From an uncultured virus (IMG/VR IMGVR_UViG_3300023237_000001) (lineage: Duplodnaviria; Heunggongvirae; Uroviricota; Caudoviricetes): a stretch of DNA of 64,000 nucleotides. The notes below the pieces were generated by a model. That model worked only from the letters and a program-made list of their open reading frames with translations. It ran no database searches and was not told where the DNA came from. Numbering within the stretch: position 1 is the stretch's first letter; each line of letters begins with the position of its first letter. The stretch lies in IMG/VR virus record IMGVR_UViG_3300023237_000001; one strand, written 5' to 3'. A program made the position numbers and the translations under genes. Below, one piece after another: positions 54,921 through 64,000 of the stretch.

Positions 54921-54950
54921 AAGAAGGCGACCATGAAGATCGCCTTACTT
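54921..54950 (-). terminator. Terminator after tail tube
   Basis: AAGGCGA..TCGCCTT hairpin with CTTT tail on minus. Confidence 0.55.
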
Positions 54951-54977
54951 TAATTTATATGTATTGAATTGGGGTAA

Positions 54978-55439
54978 TTATATTTTCTCAATCTTATCAA
55001 CGCATAGTTCAACAGATTCTATTGTATTATCAGAGGCAGTTCTGCTTAATTCAATACCGTTGATTTTAGATGGCCAAGCCCCCGTAAGGATCCAAGTGTT
55101 AATTATGGTTTGTCCATCTTCTGAGTATTCATAAATTGTTACTATCCTTTTGTAGGCAGAAGGAGGTAAACCACCCCCGATTACTACATCTTGTACCCCA
55201 GCGCACCAATCAAAGAAATAATTATCTGGTCCATCTGTGGTGGATATTTTATCAATATTAATTGTGGTATACTTTTTTCTACCACCAGTTTTAATATCAT
55301 GATTAGAATCCCCGTGCTCTACTATATCCACCGAAATATCTGGAATATTTACCTTCTGAGCCAACCAAGGGTTCATAGGTATCGGAGTAATTACAATAGA
55401 GAATTGGAAATTCTTTCTTGGGTTATCTATTTGTGCCAT
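54978..55439 (-). CDS. Tail tube protein (T4 gp19-like)
   Basis: PRKNFQF, K.GGR, YKR..TI, W.L.GAWPSK, IESVEL. Confidence 0.9.
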   Translation of the reverse strand: MAQIDNPRKNFQFSIVITPIPMNPWLAQKVNIPDISVDIVEHGDSNHDIKTGGRKKYTTINIDKISTTDGPDNYFFDWCAGVQDVVIGGGLPPSAYKRIVTIYEYSEDGQTIINTWILTGAWPSKINGIELSRTASDNTIESVELCVDKIEKI

Positions 55440-55458
55440 AGCTTAAATAATATGATTT

Positions 55459-57294
55459 TTAATTGAATTGAACCCCAGCATCACTTAACATAATATCTAG
55501 GTTGATTAGTTTTAATGCTCCTATTGGTTTAACTGCAAATTGTATTTTGTATTTACCGTTTTGAACATCATTGGCATTGTTGATTTGGAAGTCGGCAGTA
55601 GTTTTTGCTCCTTGATCTCCATTCCAAACATATTCCGTATAAGCCCTATCTCTTAACCAATTTTCTAAAGTTGGTAATACCGTTTTATGTAACCTTACCA
55701 TGGTAGGGATATCGGCAGGTTCATCTAAGAAGTTTTCTAAGATTGGCCTAAGTATTTTCTTCATATATTGAAGGCCCATAGCAACTGATACTTGTTGGTA
55801 AGCATCATTTAAAACCCGCCCATTGGTATTATTTTGAAAATATACCCGGTTATCCCGAGAAATTACCATGTTTATTTGCTTTCTGGCTAAATCATTTAAA
55901 TCATTAAATTTACCCATAGATCCAAAATCAACGGTTGGTCCTAATACATTTGGTATTACTCCCCGGTTTTTACCAAATGGTGAAAACCATGGAAAGAATT
56001 CCGTAAAGGTATAGGCCATGCAACCTATAAGATCAGCTGCTTCAGATATGGATTCTTGTACTTGGGATATTGGGTTTAATACATTTAATCCCCCTCCTAC
56101 TGGTATGGCAAATACAGAATCTAAATTCCAAGTATTTTTTTCTGCAATAAGCCCATCAGAAGTTTTTAAGGTTTCCGGTAAGTGGCATATGGCAATAAGA
56201 TCTTTACGAGAAGCAGCATATGTTTGTAATGCCACATTTACCGCTGATGATGAAAGTTCTGGGGTTGATATTAAATACCCATCATCATAATCATCAAAGC
56301 AGTGTATACCATTACCAGCAGAAGCATCTCCAACATAATCCACATCTATTATAGCCCCACCCGGTATAGCCCCACCAAAGGTGTAGATAGCATTAACTGG
56401 CCTTAAAGGACCTGTAAGGGTAGAAAGGTCTATGTAAACTGGTTTTATAAAATTAGAATCCAATAATATTCCAGAAAGAAAAGTTGATGTTTCAATGGTT
56501 GGAGTATTTAAAATAAGAAGATTTTCATATAGTTCTGTTAAATCAGGTTCTTGGGAATGTCTAAGAGTTAAATTAAATGCATTCCATTGTCCGTTAGAGG
56601 CATCAGATATTTCTATGGATAAATAATTACCATCTTTACCTTCTCCTAAAACCTCTATACTAAATAAATCATCAGTACCATCAGTAATGGTAGAAGCTGT
56701 ATTTACGTTGGTTATGGTTATAACTGGATCAGCTCCCTCACCCTGAATAACCCCAAATACCTCGGCATCATCCGCCATAACAAATAGTAATTCTCCACCA
56801 TCTGAATCTGCAGTAAAATCTATAGTTATAGCCGAACCTGCTGCCGTTTGAGCTGTACTAGCCATAGACATCATAGTGGCGGCATGAGTACCATAGAAAT
56901 AAAATGTTTGGTACCAATCCCCAATAATTAAAGTAAAAGTATCACCAGCTTCCATTGCGGCATCTATACTAAAGGTGGTTGTTTTAATAAATAGGGTTGG
57001 TTTAGTTGCGGTTAAAGTAGAAGCATTACCTATAGTGGTATAATGCCCGGCTCTTGCTACCCTAAGTTTTGTTCCTCTATCCAACATTCTTTTACATAAG
57101 TGAGGAAAATCACTATCTGTACTATAAGATCCATAGATTTTTACAAATTCGGGCCAAGAAGAAATTACTTTATCCGGAGTATTTACTTTACCCCTGAGGG
57201 TTACCCCGGAAACAAATGCAATAAAATCACTTGGATCAGTTTGAGGTGTTAGGTTATTTACAACCCTTATGTTAACTTGTGGTGTTTCTGCCAT
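55459..57294 (-). CDS. Tail sheath protein
   Basis: G.T.RG....P..I.SW.EF...YG; PWFSP.G..RG; FLDEP. Confidence 0.92.
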   Translation of the reverse strand: MAETPQVNIRVVNNLTPQTDPSDFIAFVSGVTLRGKVNTPDKVISSWPEFVKIYGSYSTDSDFPHLCKRMLDRGTKLRVARAGHYTTIGNASTLTATKPTLFIKTTTFSIDAAMEAGDTFTLIIGDWYQTFYFYGTHAATMMSMASTAQTAAGSAITIDFTADSDGGELLFVMADDAEVFGVIQGEGADPVITITNVNTASTITDGTDDLFSIEVLGEGKDGNYLSIEISDASNGQWNAFNLTLRHSQEPDLTELYENLLILNTPTIETSTFLSGILLDSNFIKPVYIDLSTLTGPLRPVNAIYTFGGAIPGGAIIDVDYVGDASAGNGIHCFDDYDDGYLISTPELSSSAVNVALQTYAASRKDLIAICHLPETLKTSDGLIAEKNTWNLDSVFAIPVGGGLNVLNPISQVQESISEAADLIGCMAYTFTEFFPWFSPFGKNRGVIPNVLGPTVDFGSMGKFNDLNDLARKQINMVISRDNRVYFQNNTNGRVLNDAYQQVSVAMGLQYMKKILRPILENFLDEPADIPTMVRLHKTVLPTLENWLRDRAYTEYVWNGDQGAKTTADFQINNANDVQNGKYKIQFAVKPIGALKLINLDIMLSDAGVQFN

Positions 57295-57339
57295 GATTAT
57301 TATCTTAACTATGTTTTATAAAATTGGTTTAGTATTGTA

Positions 57340-58047
57340 TTAAGCGTTACTTATGACCATCTCATCCAAGGTTATTAAATCTTGTAAAGCTAGTTGTAAG
57401 GTTATTTCTTGTATTAATGCTATCTGATTATCTTCATCTACACTACATTCGGTTTCATAAACATCTGGTAGTATATATCTATATACCTTTTCTAAAACCC
57501 CCTCTTGCCTATCAGTACTATCAAAACTACCTATATTTTCATAAAATATATTACCCGAAGTTTTTAATTCCAGGGTTGGCCAAAAAGGTATATAACCTCT
57601 ACGTGACATAGCTTGTGAAAGAATGGCATTTAAAATTACCATATGTATAGCTGATGACCCAGTTACATGAATATTAACCTCATATTCTGAAGATTGAGTT
57701 GGAAAGGTATGATTATGTATTACTCCATTATTTGAAAGGGGTTGTGGTGTTAGGTCTAATCCAATATCCCCAGGTAAAAACCCATAAGGAACAATAACAA
57801 TTCTTGGTGTTTTTTTGTTTCCTTTAAATTGAGTATTAGAATGGCCAAATAAATCTATTCCAAATTTTTCGTCTTGGGAGTCTGTAATAGCTTTTAAGGC
57901 CGCCCGATAAGCAGTTTTACCATTTTGATTAGTAAGATCAAAACTAGACCTATCAGGGGCATAACCATGTACCGTCATAACTCTATCAATTTGATGGAAT
58001 ATACTTCTATCTAAAAATTGTTGAATAAATGATAATGGTTGCGTCAT
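57340..58047 (-). CDS. Tail terminator / completion protein
   Basis: Position upstream of sheath; PRIVI motif. Confidence 0.55.
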   Translation of the reverse strand: MTQPLSFIQQFLDRSIFHQIDRVMTVHGYAPDRSSFDLTNQNGKTAYRAALKAITDSQDEKFGIDLFGHSNTQFKGNKKTPRIVIVPYGFLPGDIGLDLTPQPLSNNGVIHNHTFPTQSSEYEVNIHVTGSSAIHMVILNAILSQAMSRRGYIPFWPTLELKTSGNIFYENIGSFDSTDRQEGVLEKVYRYILPDVYETECSVDEDNQIALIQEITLQLALQDLITLDEMVISNA

Positions 58048-58604
58048 AATAGTTTAACTGTTATTTGATGTCTTTTTCTTATTTCATAGGCTATAGAAGC
58101 TATAACCATTTGCTTTATTTTTTTTCTGCCACCCATTTCATTAAAGGTTTTTCTCCATAAAGGTCGTGCGGGTATTTTACCATCTCGGGATCCAGATTCT
58201 AATACCGAGGCATATTGAGCAATTGTGTAAGAACTACCGGCGGATTTTGTTTTTGGGTTTCTTGATCCTTTTTTTATTCCAACATAATAATTATTATTTT
58301 TACTAACCATTTGTATGGCTCGGTAATAATAACCATAAAACATAAAAGGGGTGGCTGGTTTTCCCGCTTTCTTTTTTTTATCAATGGTGGATTGTTTTAA
58401 AGGTTCAAATCTAAACTTACCCCCTCCATTACGAATGTTTTGTCTTATAAGGTCAAAATATTTTTTAGCAGCTTTTTTAGAGGCCCTTTGATAACCAACT
58501 TCTATAGTATGATCTAAACCTACAACTAAACTATGTAATTTAGCCCAATCACCTATTCTTTTAACAGTAACATTAACTCCCCTGTTACGGAATTGTTGTC
58601 TCAT
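58044..58604 (-). CDS. Neck / tail completion protein (virion morphogenesis family)
   Basis: PLK.STI..K, YA.VLE.G....IPARPLW. Confidence 0.7.
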   Translation of the reverse strand: MRQQFRNRGVNVTVKRIGDWAKLHSLVVGLDHTIEVGYQRASKKAAKKYFDLIRQNIRNGGGKFRFEPLKQSTIDKKKKAGKPATPFMFYGYYYRAIQMVSKNNNYYVGIKKGSRNPKTKSAGSSYTIAQYASVLESGSRDGKIPARPLWRKTFNEMGGRKKIKQMVIASIAYEIRKRHQITVKLL

Positions 58605-59068
58605 AGATATTGATCTTCAACTGTATCTATTTCTTCTCGTTTTAGGATTATAAATTGTAGTAAAGGTTCTTCTGATGCCTGGGCAGTCTGAGATTCACCT
58701 AATGCTTTATATGTAATCCCTTTTATAATAAACCTATCGGCACCTGGATCAAAGTTTAAAAAACCATCTGAGTTTGCAAAACCATTATCAGATAAATATT
58801 TAATGTTTAAATACAGTAATAAATTTTGTTTATCAATTTCACCTGAATCTGTGGTTTTAGTACTTGGCCATGACCTATAATCATTATATTGTATTAAACC
58901 TAAAAGTTTTGAAGATTTTGGTTTTAATAAAATATCTTCTCCATGGGTTGTGATTCCTTTGTTTATGTATTGCATAAGGGTAACTTCTTGTTTAAAGGCA
59001 TCCTCATGGAAGTTATTAATAATATCTTTATAACTATCCCATTCATTTGTGGTTATATAACTTGGCAT
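58601..59068 (-). CDS. Head closure / stopper protein
   Basis: Position; DRFII.G..Y. Confidence 0.55.
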   Translation of the reverse strand: MPSYITTNEWDSYKDIINNFHEDAFKQEVTLMQYINKGITTHGEDILLKPKSSKLLGLIQYNDYRSWPSTKTTDSGEIDKQNLLLYLNIKYLSDNGFANSDGFLNFDPGADRFIIKGITYKALGESQTAQASEEPLLQFIILKREEIDTVEDQYL

Positions 59069-59877
59069 TATCCTTGAGATGATATATTTTGATTGCCATT
59101 ACCCCCACAACAACCTGCTGTATTGGTTTTAGGTATTTGACCAATTAGTGGACCAATTACCACTTTAAATTTATCGCAGATAACTGGGATATGGATATTT
59201 AATCTTTTTGCCAATGAACACATTGACCTGGATACTGAATCTATAGCACCTCCACTTTTTAAAGATGATGAAGAGGAACCGGCTGTATCATTTTCCCCAT
59301 ACCATTGTACTTCTGTGGGACCGGTAACAATTTGTTTAATTGCCCTGGATGAAGAGCTGCCTCCATTATTAGCCGCTATAATAGATGAGTTACCTTGTTG
59401 AATAAGTATATCATAGGCTACCATAGATGCCACTAATGAATTTTCTAGTGGTTCATAGTATAACTCATTAAAGATATTAGCAGATGGTATAATGTGGTTA
59501 ACTAGAGGATGGATAAATAATTGTTGTTTTTGAATTAACCCGGCAAGTTCTGCCACATCATATACAACGTTTGGTGGGATATATTGATTTACTAAGGTAT
59601 AAATGCTTTGAGATAATACTGGCCCAGCAGCTCTTACCCCTACAGGTAATGTTATACTGGTGGTACCTCCGGTATTTGATACAGATAAGGTAACTGTAAA
59701 AAAACCATCTCTTGTAAAATCCTTGGATGGATTTTGTAATGAGGAGGAAGTTCCATCTCCAAAATCCCATTGCCAAGCTGTCGGTCCATTTGATGATAAA
59801 TCTTGAAAGACTACTACAAATGTACCTTCAGTTGGTACGTATGTGAAATTTGAAACTGGTATAGCTGCTGGTGCCAT
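59068..59877 (-). CDS. Head-tail adaptor with N-terminal PKD domain
   Basis: VVFQDLS...PTAWQWDFGDG..S..QNP.....G.FTVTL.VSN..G; IKQIVTGPTEVQW. Confidence 0.75.
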   Translation of the reverse strand: MAPAAIPVSNFTYVPTEGTFVVVFQDLSSNGPTAWQWDFGDGTSSSLQNPSKDFTRDGFFTVTLSVSNTGGTTSITLPVGVRAAGPVLSQSIYTLVNQYIPPNVVYDVAELAGLIQKQQLFIHPLVNHIIPSANIFNELYYEPLENSLVASMVAYDILIQQGNSSIIAANNGGSSSSRAIKQIVTGPTEVQWYGENDTAGSSSSSLKSGGAIDSVSRSMCSLAKRLNIHIPVICDKFKVVIGPLIGQIPKTNTAGCCGGNGNQNISSQG

Positions 59878-59900
59878 TATTAAAATTATAAAATATTAGA

Positions 59901-60365
59901 TTAATCAAATAAGCCTTCAGCATATTCCTTTACTGCTGGTTTATTCATTGCATTTAATTCTTCTTCGGATTTATTCATTTCTAAAGCCACAGAGTTTTCA
60001 ATTAACCATTGAATCATTGCATCTTTATTACTTGGTAAATCTTCTAAAAGAATATCATCTTCTTCCTCTTCTTCTTCTTCCTCTTCTTCCTCATCTTCTT
60101 CCTCTTCTTCTTCCTCATTAAGGTTAATAACCTTACCAGTTTTATTTTGGGATTTTGTGTATTTATCAAAATCAGCCTTATCAGCGTATTCTAAATGACC
60201 TCCCTTTAACCCTTCTCTTACCAATTTATTACTTAATTGTTTTGGGGTTAATTTTAATACTGTCCGCTTGTTTAGTTTTAAATTACTAATCGGATCGTAA
60301 AATGAATTTGCGGTTGCCCCTAGACATACATATCTTGGGGTTTTGTTTAATTGACTTTTAGCCAT
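59901..60365 (-). CDS. Acidic-tract protein downstream of major capsid
   Basis: 154 aa with poly-E tract and small helical C-terminus. Confidence 0.75.
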   Translation of the reverse strand: MAKSQLNKTPRYVCLGATANSFYDPISNLKLNKRTVLKLTPKQLSNKLVREGLKGGHLEYADKADFDKYTKSQNKTGKVINLNEEEEEEEDEEEEEEEEEEEDDILLEDLPSNKDAMIQWLIENSVALEMNKSEEELNAMNKPAVKEYAEGLFD

Positions 60366-60402
60366 TACGGTATGGGTTTTAAATTATTTATTATTAATAG
60401 AC

Positions 60403-60435
60403 AAAAAAGGGCAAGCCTAGATTGGTTTGCCCTTT
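60403..60435 (-). terminator. Terminator after major capsid gene
   Basis: AAAAGGGCAAgC..GtTTGCCCTTTT; T6 tail on minus. Confidence 0.75.
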
Positions 60436-60462
60436 TCTTATAAAGATGTAATGTGATTAATG

Positions 60463-61572
60463 TTAATCAATTAATACATTCTGAGCAGCATCCACATCAT
60501 ATTCATCTGGGAAACCATCAGTAGCAAAATCTACGGATTTATCCAAGATTAAAACAGAGTCATCCATAAGCTTAGCAAATCCAGTTGTTAAACTAACATA
60601 GAAAGCTTCCGATTGATTTGAAACAATCCTTTCTGATTCAAGCATAAGAGGCCTAGCATTAAATTTAACCAGGGCTTTGGTTGGATCAACCATTACTTCT
60701 TGATCAGCAGGTATATTCCCATGTATATAATAGGATGCAGAGTTTGGAACAGGAGTCTTAAGATCCAGATTGGAATTTGTTGTTCCCTGAGTTTTAAGCT
60801 TGAATTCATCCATGTCCAATGTATCAAGGGCAGAAGCTTCTGACCCAATAATAACATTTGGTATTCTACCCAACCTTGACATTCTAATCCAGATTCTAAG
60901 CATATCTCTATATGCCTTCGTTCCCGGAGTTTCAACCCCAATTATTGGTGCTGAACCTGAACCATCAGCCTGTTCTCCATTGATAAGAGTATTGATTGCC
61001 AATACATCTAACCCATGTCCTAATTTTACCCCAAAATCTCTTAAGAAGATTGCAACCACATCCAATGATACATAATTCTTAACTTCGTCAGTAATCTTAA
61101 TACCTCTCCCCATTTTGAATAGAGATATTGATTTTTGACCATAGCTAATAGTACCTAATGAAATTGTTTCACCTTCATTAACTTTCTTAGGAGTTGCATC
61201 AGACATATTAATATGTGGCATGATAGCTTTTAAACCATCCAACTGTTGTTCAGAAGCAGTTATGGCATTCCAAATCGGAGATGTTCTTAAACCAGTTAAG
61301 ATAGCTTCTCTAAAAAGTTCTGGAATGATCCAAGCAACATCTGCTTGCCCATATGTATAAAGATTCTGAATTGTATCAGTAGATGTATCGATTCCTATTT
61401 CTGCAAGGAAAGAATCCATTGTAACACTTTCATCATCAAATGATTCTTGGACTGTTTCGATAAAGTTGGCATCCACAGGATTATCTTTATCACCTCTAAA
61501 TCCATCGGCTAACTTAACGGTTTGTTCTATCTTACCGTTAAATCTTGATTCTTGATATTTTTTAATATCCAT
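60463..61572 (-). CDS. Major capsid protein (HK97 fold)
   Basis: IPEL.R.AI, V.EGE.I, K.GRGI.ITDE, LG..LD..AI..L; canonical position. Confidence 0.9.
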   Translation of the reverse strand: MDIKKYQESRFNGKIEQTVKLADGFRGDKDNPVDANFIETVQESFDDESVTMDSFLAEIGIDTSTDTIQNLYTYGQADVAWIIPELFREAILTGLRTSPIWNAITASEQQLDGLKAIMPHINMSDATPKKVNEGETISLGTISYGQKSISLFKMGRGIKITDEVKNYVSLDVVAIFLRDFGVKLGHGLDVLAINTLINGEQADGSGSAPIIGVETPGTKAYRDMLRIWIRMSRLGRIPNVIIGSEASALDTLDMDEFKLKTQGTTNSNLDLKTPVPNSASYYIHGNIPADQEVMVDPTKALVKFNARPLMLESERIVSNQSEAFYVSLTTGFAKLMDDSVLILDKSVDFATDGFPDEYDVDAAQNVLID

Positions 61573-61595
61573 TATTACTAAGGTTTATGCAGTGA

Positions 61596-62033
61596 TTATC
61601 CTGCGATTATGATTCTACAATTTTCGGTATCGGATACCGCATCCATTGACCAACCCACCATGTTATTTGCAGTGATTGCGTCCCCCTGTGCATATTCATG
61701 GTATGAGGTATTATTAGGTGCTTGTAATTCTGTACCTAAATGTACTGGACCAGCAGTGATTGCACCTTCGGCAGTTCCGAATACTACGCAATATCCTTTA
61801 GCCATATACGTGCATACATCTCCTGCAGCTGCATTATGGTTAGATATTCCTACCATTAACCTAACATTATCTGCTGGGAGTAATGGAGTAAGTTCTCCGG
61901 TTGCACCATCTAACTTTACTGGCTGGCCCCTTTTTATAGAAGCGCCAGTAAGCACAGTAGCCGCGTTATGCAGTTTATGTGACTCGGATTTAAAGATTAC
62001 CTCTTTATCCGTACTTGAAATTGAATTAGCCAT
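61596..62033 (-). CDS. Capsid decoration / cement protein
   Basis: I.RGQPV.L, VGI....AAAG...T; between scaffold and capsid. Confidence 0.7.
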   Translation of the reverse strand: MANSISSTDKEVIFKSESHKLHNAATVLTGASIKRGQPVKLDGATGELTPLLPADNVRLMVGISNHNAAAGDVCTYMAKGYCVVFGTAEGAITAGPVHLGTELQAPNNTSYHEYAQGDAITANNMVGWSMDAVSDTENCRIIIAG

Positions 62034-62063
62034 TTCTTCTGTTGTTATTTATTATTATATGAT

Positions 62064-63596
62064 TTATTTCTTGTTTTTTAATTTCTTATCCCTAAGCCTT
62101 GACTTAATCTCAGCTGCAGATAAAGGGGTATCATCATTACCCCCTGGTGGAGTATCACTTGGATTAATAATACCATCAGCATTTAAAGATATAGAAGCTC
62201 TACTTATATCAGTACCTTTGCAGGTATTACAAGAAGCTTGGAATTTACCTTCCGCTTGTTTTTCAAAACTTGCAAGTAAAGAAGTAGCCGTTGTGTAATT
62301 ACCCTCGGCAATAATGGCAAGCATAGAGTCATCTTCTTTAGCATCATCACCCTGTAGTGCTGTGTAAAGTTCAGTAGCTCTAGATTTAACTGCCGCCAAA
62401 GCCTTATCTGCAATAGGAGCTTTTTCTAAAAGAGATTGATTCTCTGTTGTTAAATCTCCTACCTGAGTGGTAAGTTCGGTTACTTGTGTTTGAGCATCAG
62501 TAACATCTGCTTCTAATTTTACAGCCTTATCAGCAACTTCTTTTAATGAGGTAAGATGATTTCCAAATTTTTCTTGGAAATTTTCCTCTGTAATTTCATT
62601 GTCTGTGTCTAGAGTAAAACCAATTAGAGCCGCTAAGGCTATGATATCTTTCATACTTGTTGTTTTATGATTTTCTGGTTTGTTATTACTTATTGAATTA
62701 GGTGTTGTGTTATCTGATAATGAGGTTGTATCATTTTTCCAATCCCAGGCAAAAGCTTTCTTTCCCTTGGTGTTTTCGGTTTGGGTTGCTGATAAATTAT
62801 ATACTGCATCAGAATATTTAGGATTAACAATCATTCCATTGTCTCCAATTTTTTGGGCAAAGACATCAGCACCGTGAGATACAAGTGAAGTTTCATGATA
62901 AGATAATACGGAAGTAACTATTCTTCTTATTAATACCCCATCCGCATCATAAGTAGCAAGTTTAGACCAAAATTCGTTGTCATCCATATCACTATGTGAC
63001 TTTGTCCATTTAAACCTAACAGTTACAGAATTAGAATGTATAGAAGGGGGATCCATTAAAATACCCCTGGCAATTCTGGGATTAGATTTAGCGTCTATCT
63101 TTAATATACCATTAATACCCGCAGGTATAATAATTTCTTTTCCTTCATTTACTGTGGTTAATTCTTTTTGCCAAAATACATCCTTTACAGCCCCCAGTGC
63201 ATTACCTACTGGAGTTTCATGGTCTGGGTTAACAGTTTGACCAACTAATAAATTCATAGTGGATTTTAATACACCCTTACCACCAAAATCAATTGGGTTC
63301 CATTGTTTATGTACGATGGCAGCTGATATTAACCTAAAAGTTGGTTCTATAAACTCGTCATCTGTAGGATTTAAATCCGCTGCCGTAACATCTGGGTAGT
63401 ATGTGGTATAATTCGGAGAAGACATATCAAATAAACCCAATCGCTGTAAATCCATATTTTTAACATGGTCAGCAAGCTTTTCTGATATTTGAGTAGGAGT
63501 TAAAATACTGGGTTTAAATCCCGCTATTAAAGAATGTCCGGAAGCTAAATCAATCTGATCAACAAACTCCCTGTTTTTTAAATTATCTTTAGCCAT
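62064..63596 (-). CDS. Prohead protease-scaffold fusion
   Basis: V.PDH....A.G.V and ETSLV..GAD protease motifs; C-terminal coiled coil. Confidence 0.8.
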   Translation of the reverse strand: MAKDNLKNREFVDQIDLASGHSLIAGFKPSILTPTQISEKLADHVKNMDLQRLGLFDMSSPNYTTYYPDVTAADLNPTDDEFIEPTFRLISAAIVHKQWNPIDFGGKGVLKSTMNLLVGQTVNPDHETPVGNALGAVKDVFWQKELTTVNEGKEIIIPAGINGILKIDAKSNPRIARGILMDPPSIHSNSVTVRFKWTKSHSDMDDNEFWSKLATYDADGVLIRRIVTSVLSYHETSLVSHGADVFAQKIGDNGMIVNPKYSDAVYNLSATQTENTKGKKAFAWDWKNDTTSLSDNTTPNSISNNKPENHKTTSMKDIIALAALIGFTLDTDNEITEENFQEKFGNHLTSLKEVADKAVKLEADVTDAQTQVTELTTQVGDLTTENQSLLEKAPIADKALAAVKSRATELYTALQGDDAKEDDSMLAIIAEGNYTTATSLLASFEKQAEGKFQASCNTCKGTDISRASISLNADGIINPSDTPPGGNDDTPLSAAEIKSRLRDKKLKNKK

Positions 63597-64000
63597 TATG
63601 CTTTTTTATTATCTTTGCGTTTTGGTTGTTCTTTCTTTTTATCCCTAGACCCCCTATCTGATTTACCAGCCTTCTTATTAGCATCTTCCTTTTTAGAAGC
63701 TGGAGCCATAACATTTTTATCTCGGCTTACCCTAGGTTTTTCCTGATTGGGTTTTTCATAGTTGGTTTCTTCAGAAAATTGTTCTTGTCCTATTATACCT
63801 TGGTCATACAAGGCTTGTAGATTACGTATTTTTATTTCTCGAGCTTGTTGAGATTTAAGATCATCCGTTATAGTGGATGGTTTAAATTCTGTTCTTAACC
63901 CCTTAGGTCTAAATCCTGATAATGTTAATTCCAAAATATAAAGGTCATCAAAGAAATCTGCCACCATTCCTTGAACATTGGATAGTTGAGATAACATTTT
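63596..64000 (-). CDS. Portal protein, C-terminal part (truncated by window edge)
   Basis: LYDQGII.QEQ..E..Y plus basic tail, directly upstream of the protease. Confidence 0.7.
   Translation of the reverse strand, partial: KMLSQLSNVQGMVADFFDDLYILELTLSGFRPKGLRTEFKPSTITDDLKSQQAREIKIRNLQALYDQGIIGQEQFSEETNYEKPNQEKPRVSRDKNVMAPASKKEDANKKAGKSDRGSRDKKKEQPKRKDNKKA

Noticed and set aside
1..64000. Stop-codon reassignment as in some Bacteroidota phages
   Set aside because: Conserved genes are full length in code 11 and end in TAA, TAG and TGA
1..64000. Prophage or temperate lifestyle
   Set aside because: No integrase, repressor switch or host flanking genes seen; the rest of the genome is outside the window

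Overview
The window is about 64 kb of an AT-rich, probably lytic, contractile-tailed dsDNA phage (myovirus). Its host is most likely a Bacteroidota (flavobacterium-like) bacterium, judged from TAnnTTTG -7 promoter elements and A-rich leaders without Shine-Dalgarno motifs. Almost all genes are on the minus strand. In transcription order (right to left) they are: head genes (partial portal, protease/scaffold, decoration protein, major capsid); neck, sheath, tube, chaperone with a -1 frameshift, tape measure, baseplate, fibre and holin genes (41.9-64 kb); a single plus-strand sigma-like gene (41.2 kb); a replication, recombination and nucleotide block (DnaB, primase, SF2 helicase, all-alpha NTP pyrophosphatase, two thymidylate-synthase-like genes, dCMP deaminase, PolA, SSB, RecA, 5'-3' exonuclease, kinase, SbcCD, resolvase; 23.9-41.1 kb); a NusG paralogue next to a sigma-region-4-like protein; about 19 kb of small accessory genes organised as cassettes behind a ~50-nt promoter/leader repeat (15 minus-strand copies plus one on plus); and a compositionally distinct left end. 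The most notable signals are the promoter-cassette array, tandem Fur/PerR-like palindromes at the left end, a 43-nt anticodon-less tRNA-like minihelix, and an asymmetric pyrimidine-modification module. All functional calls come from recognising motifs by eye; no database searches were run.
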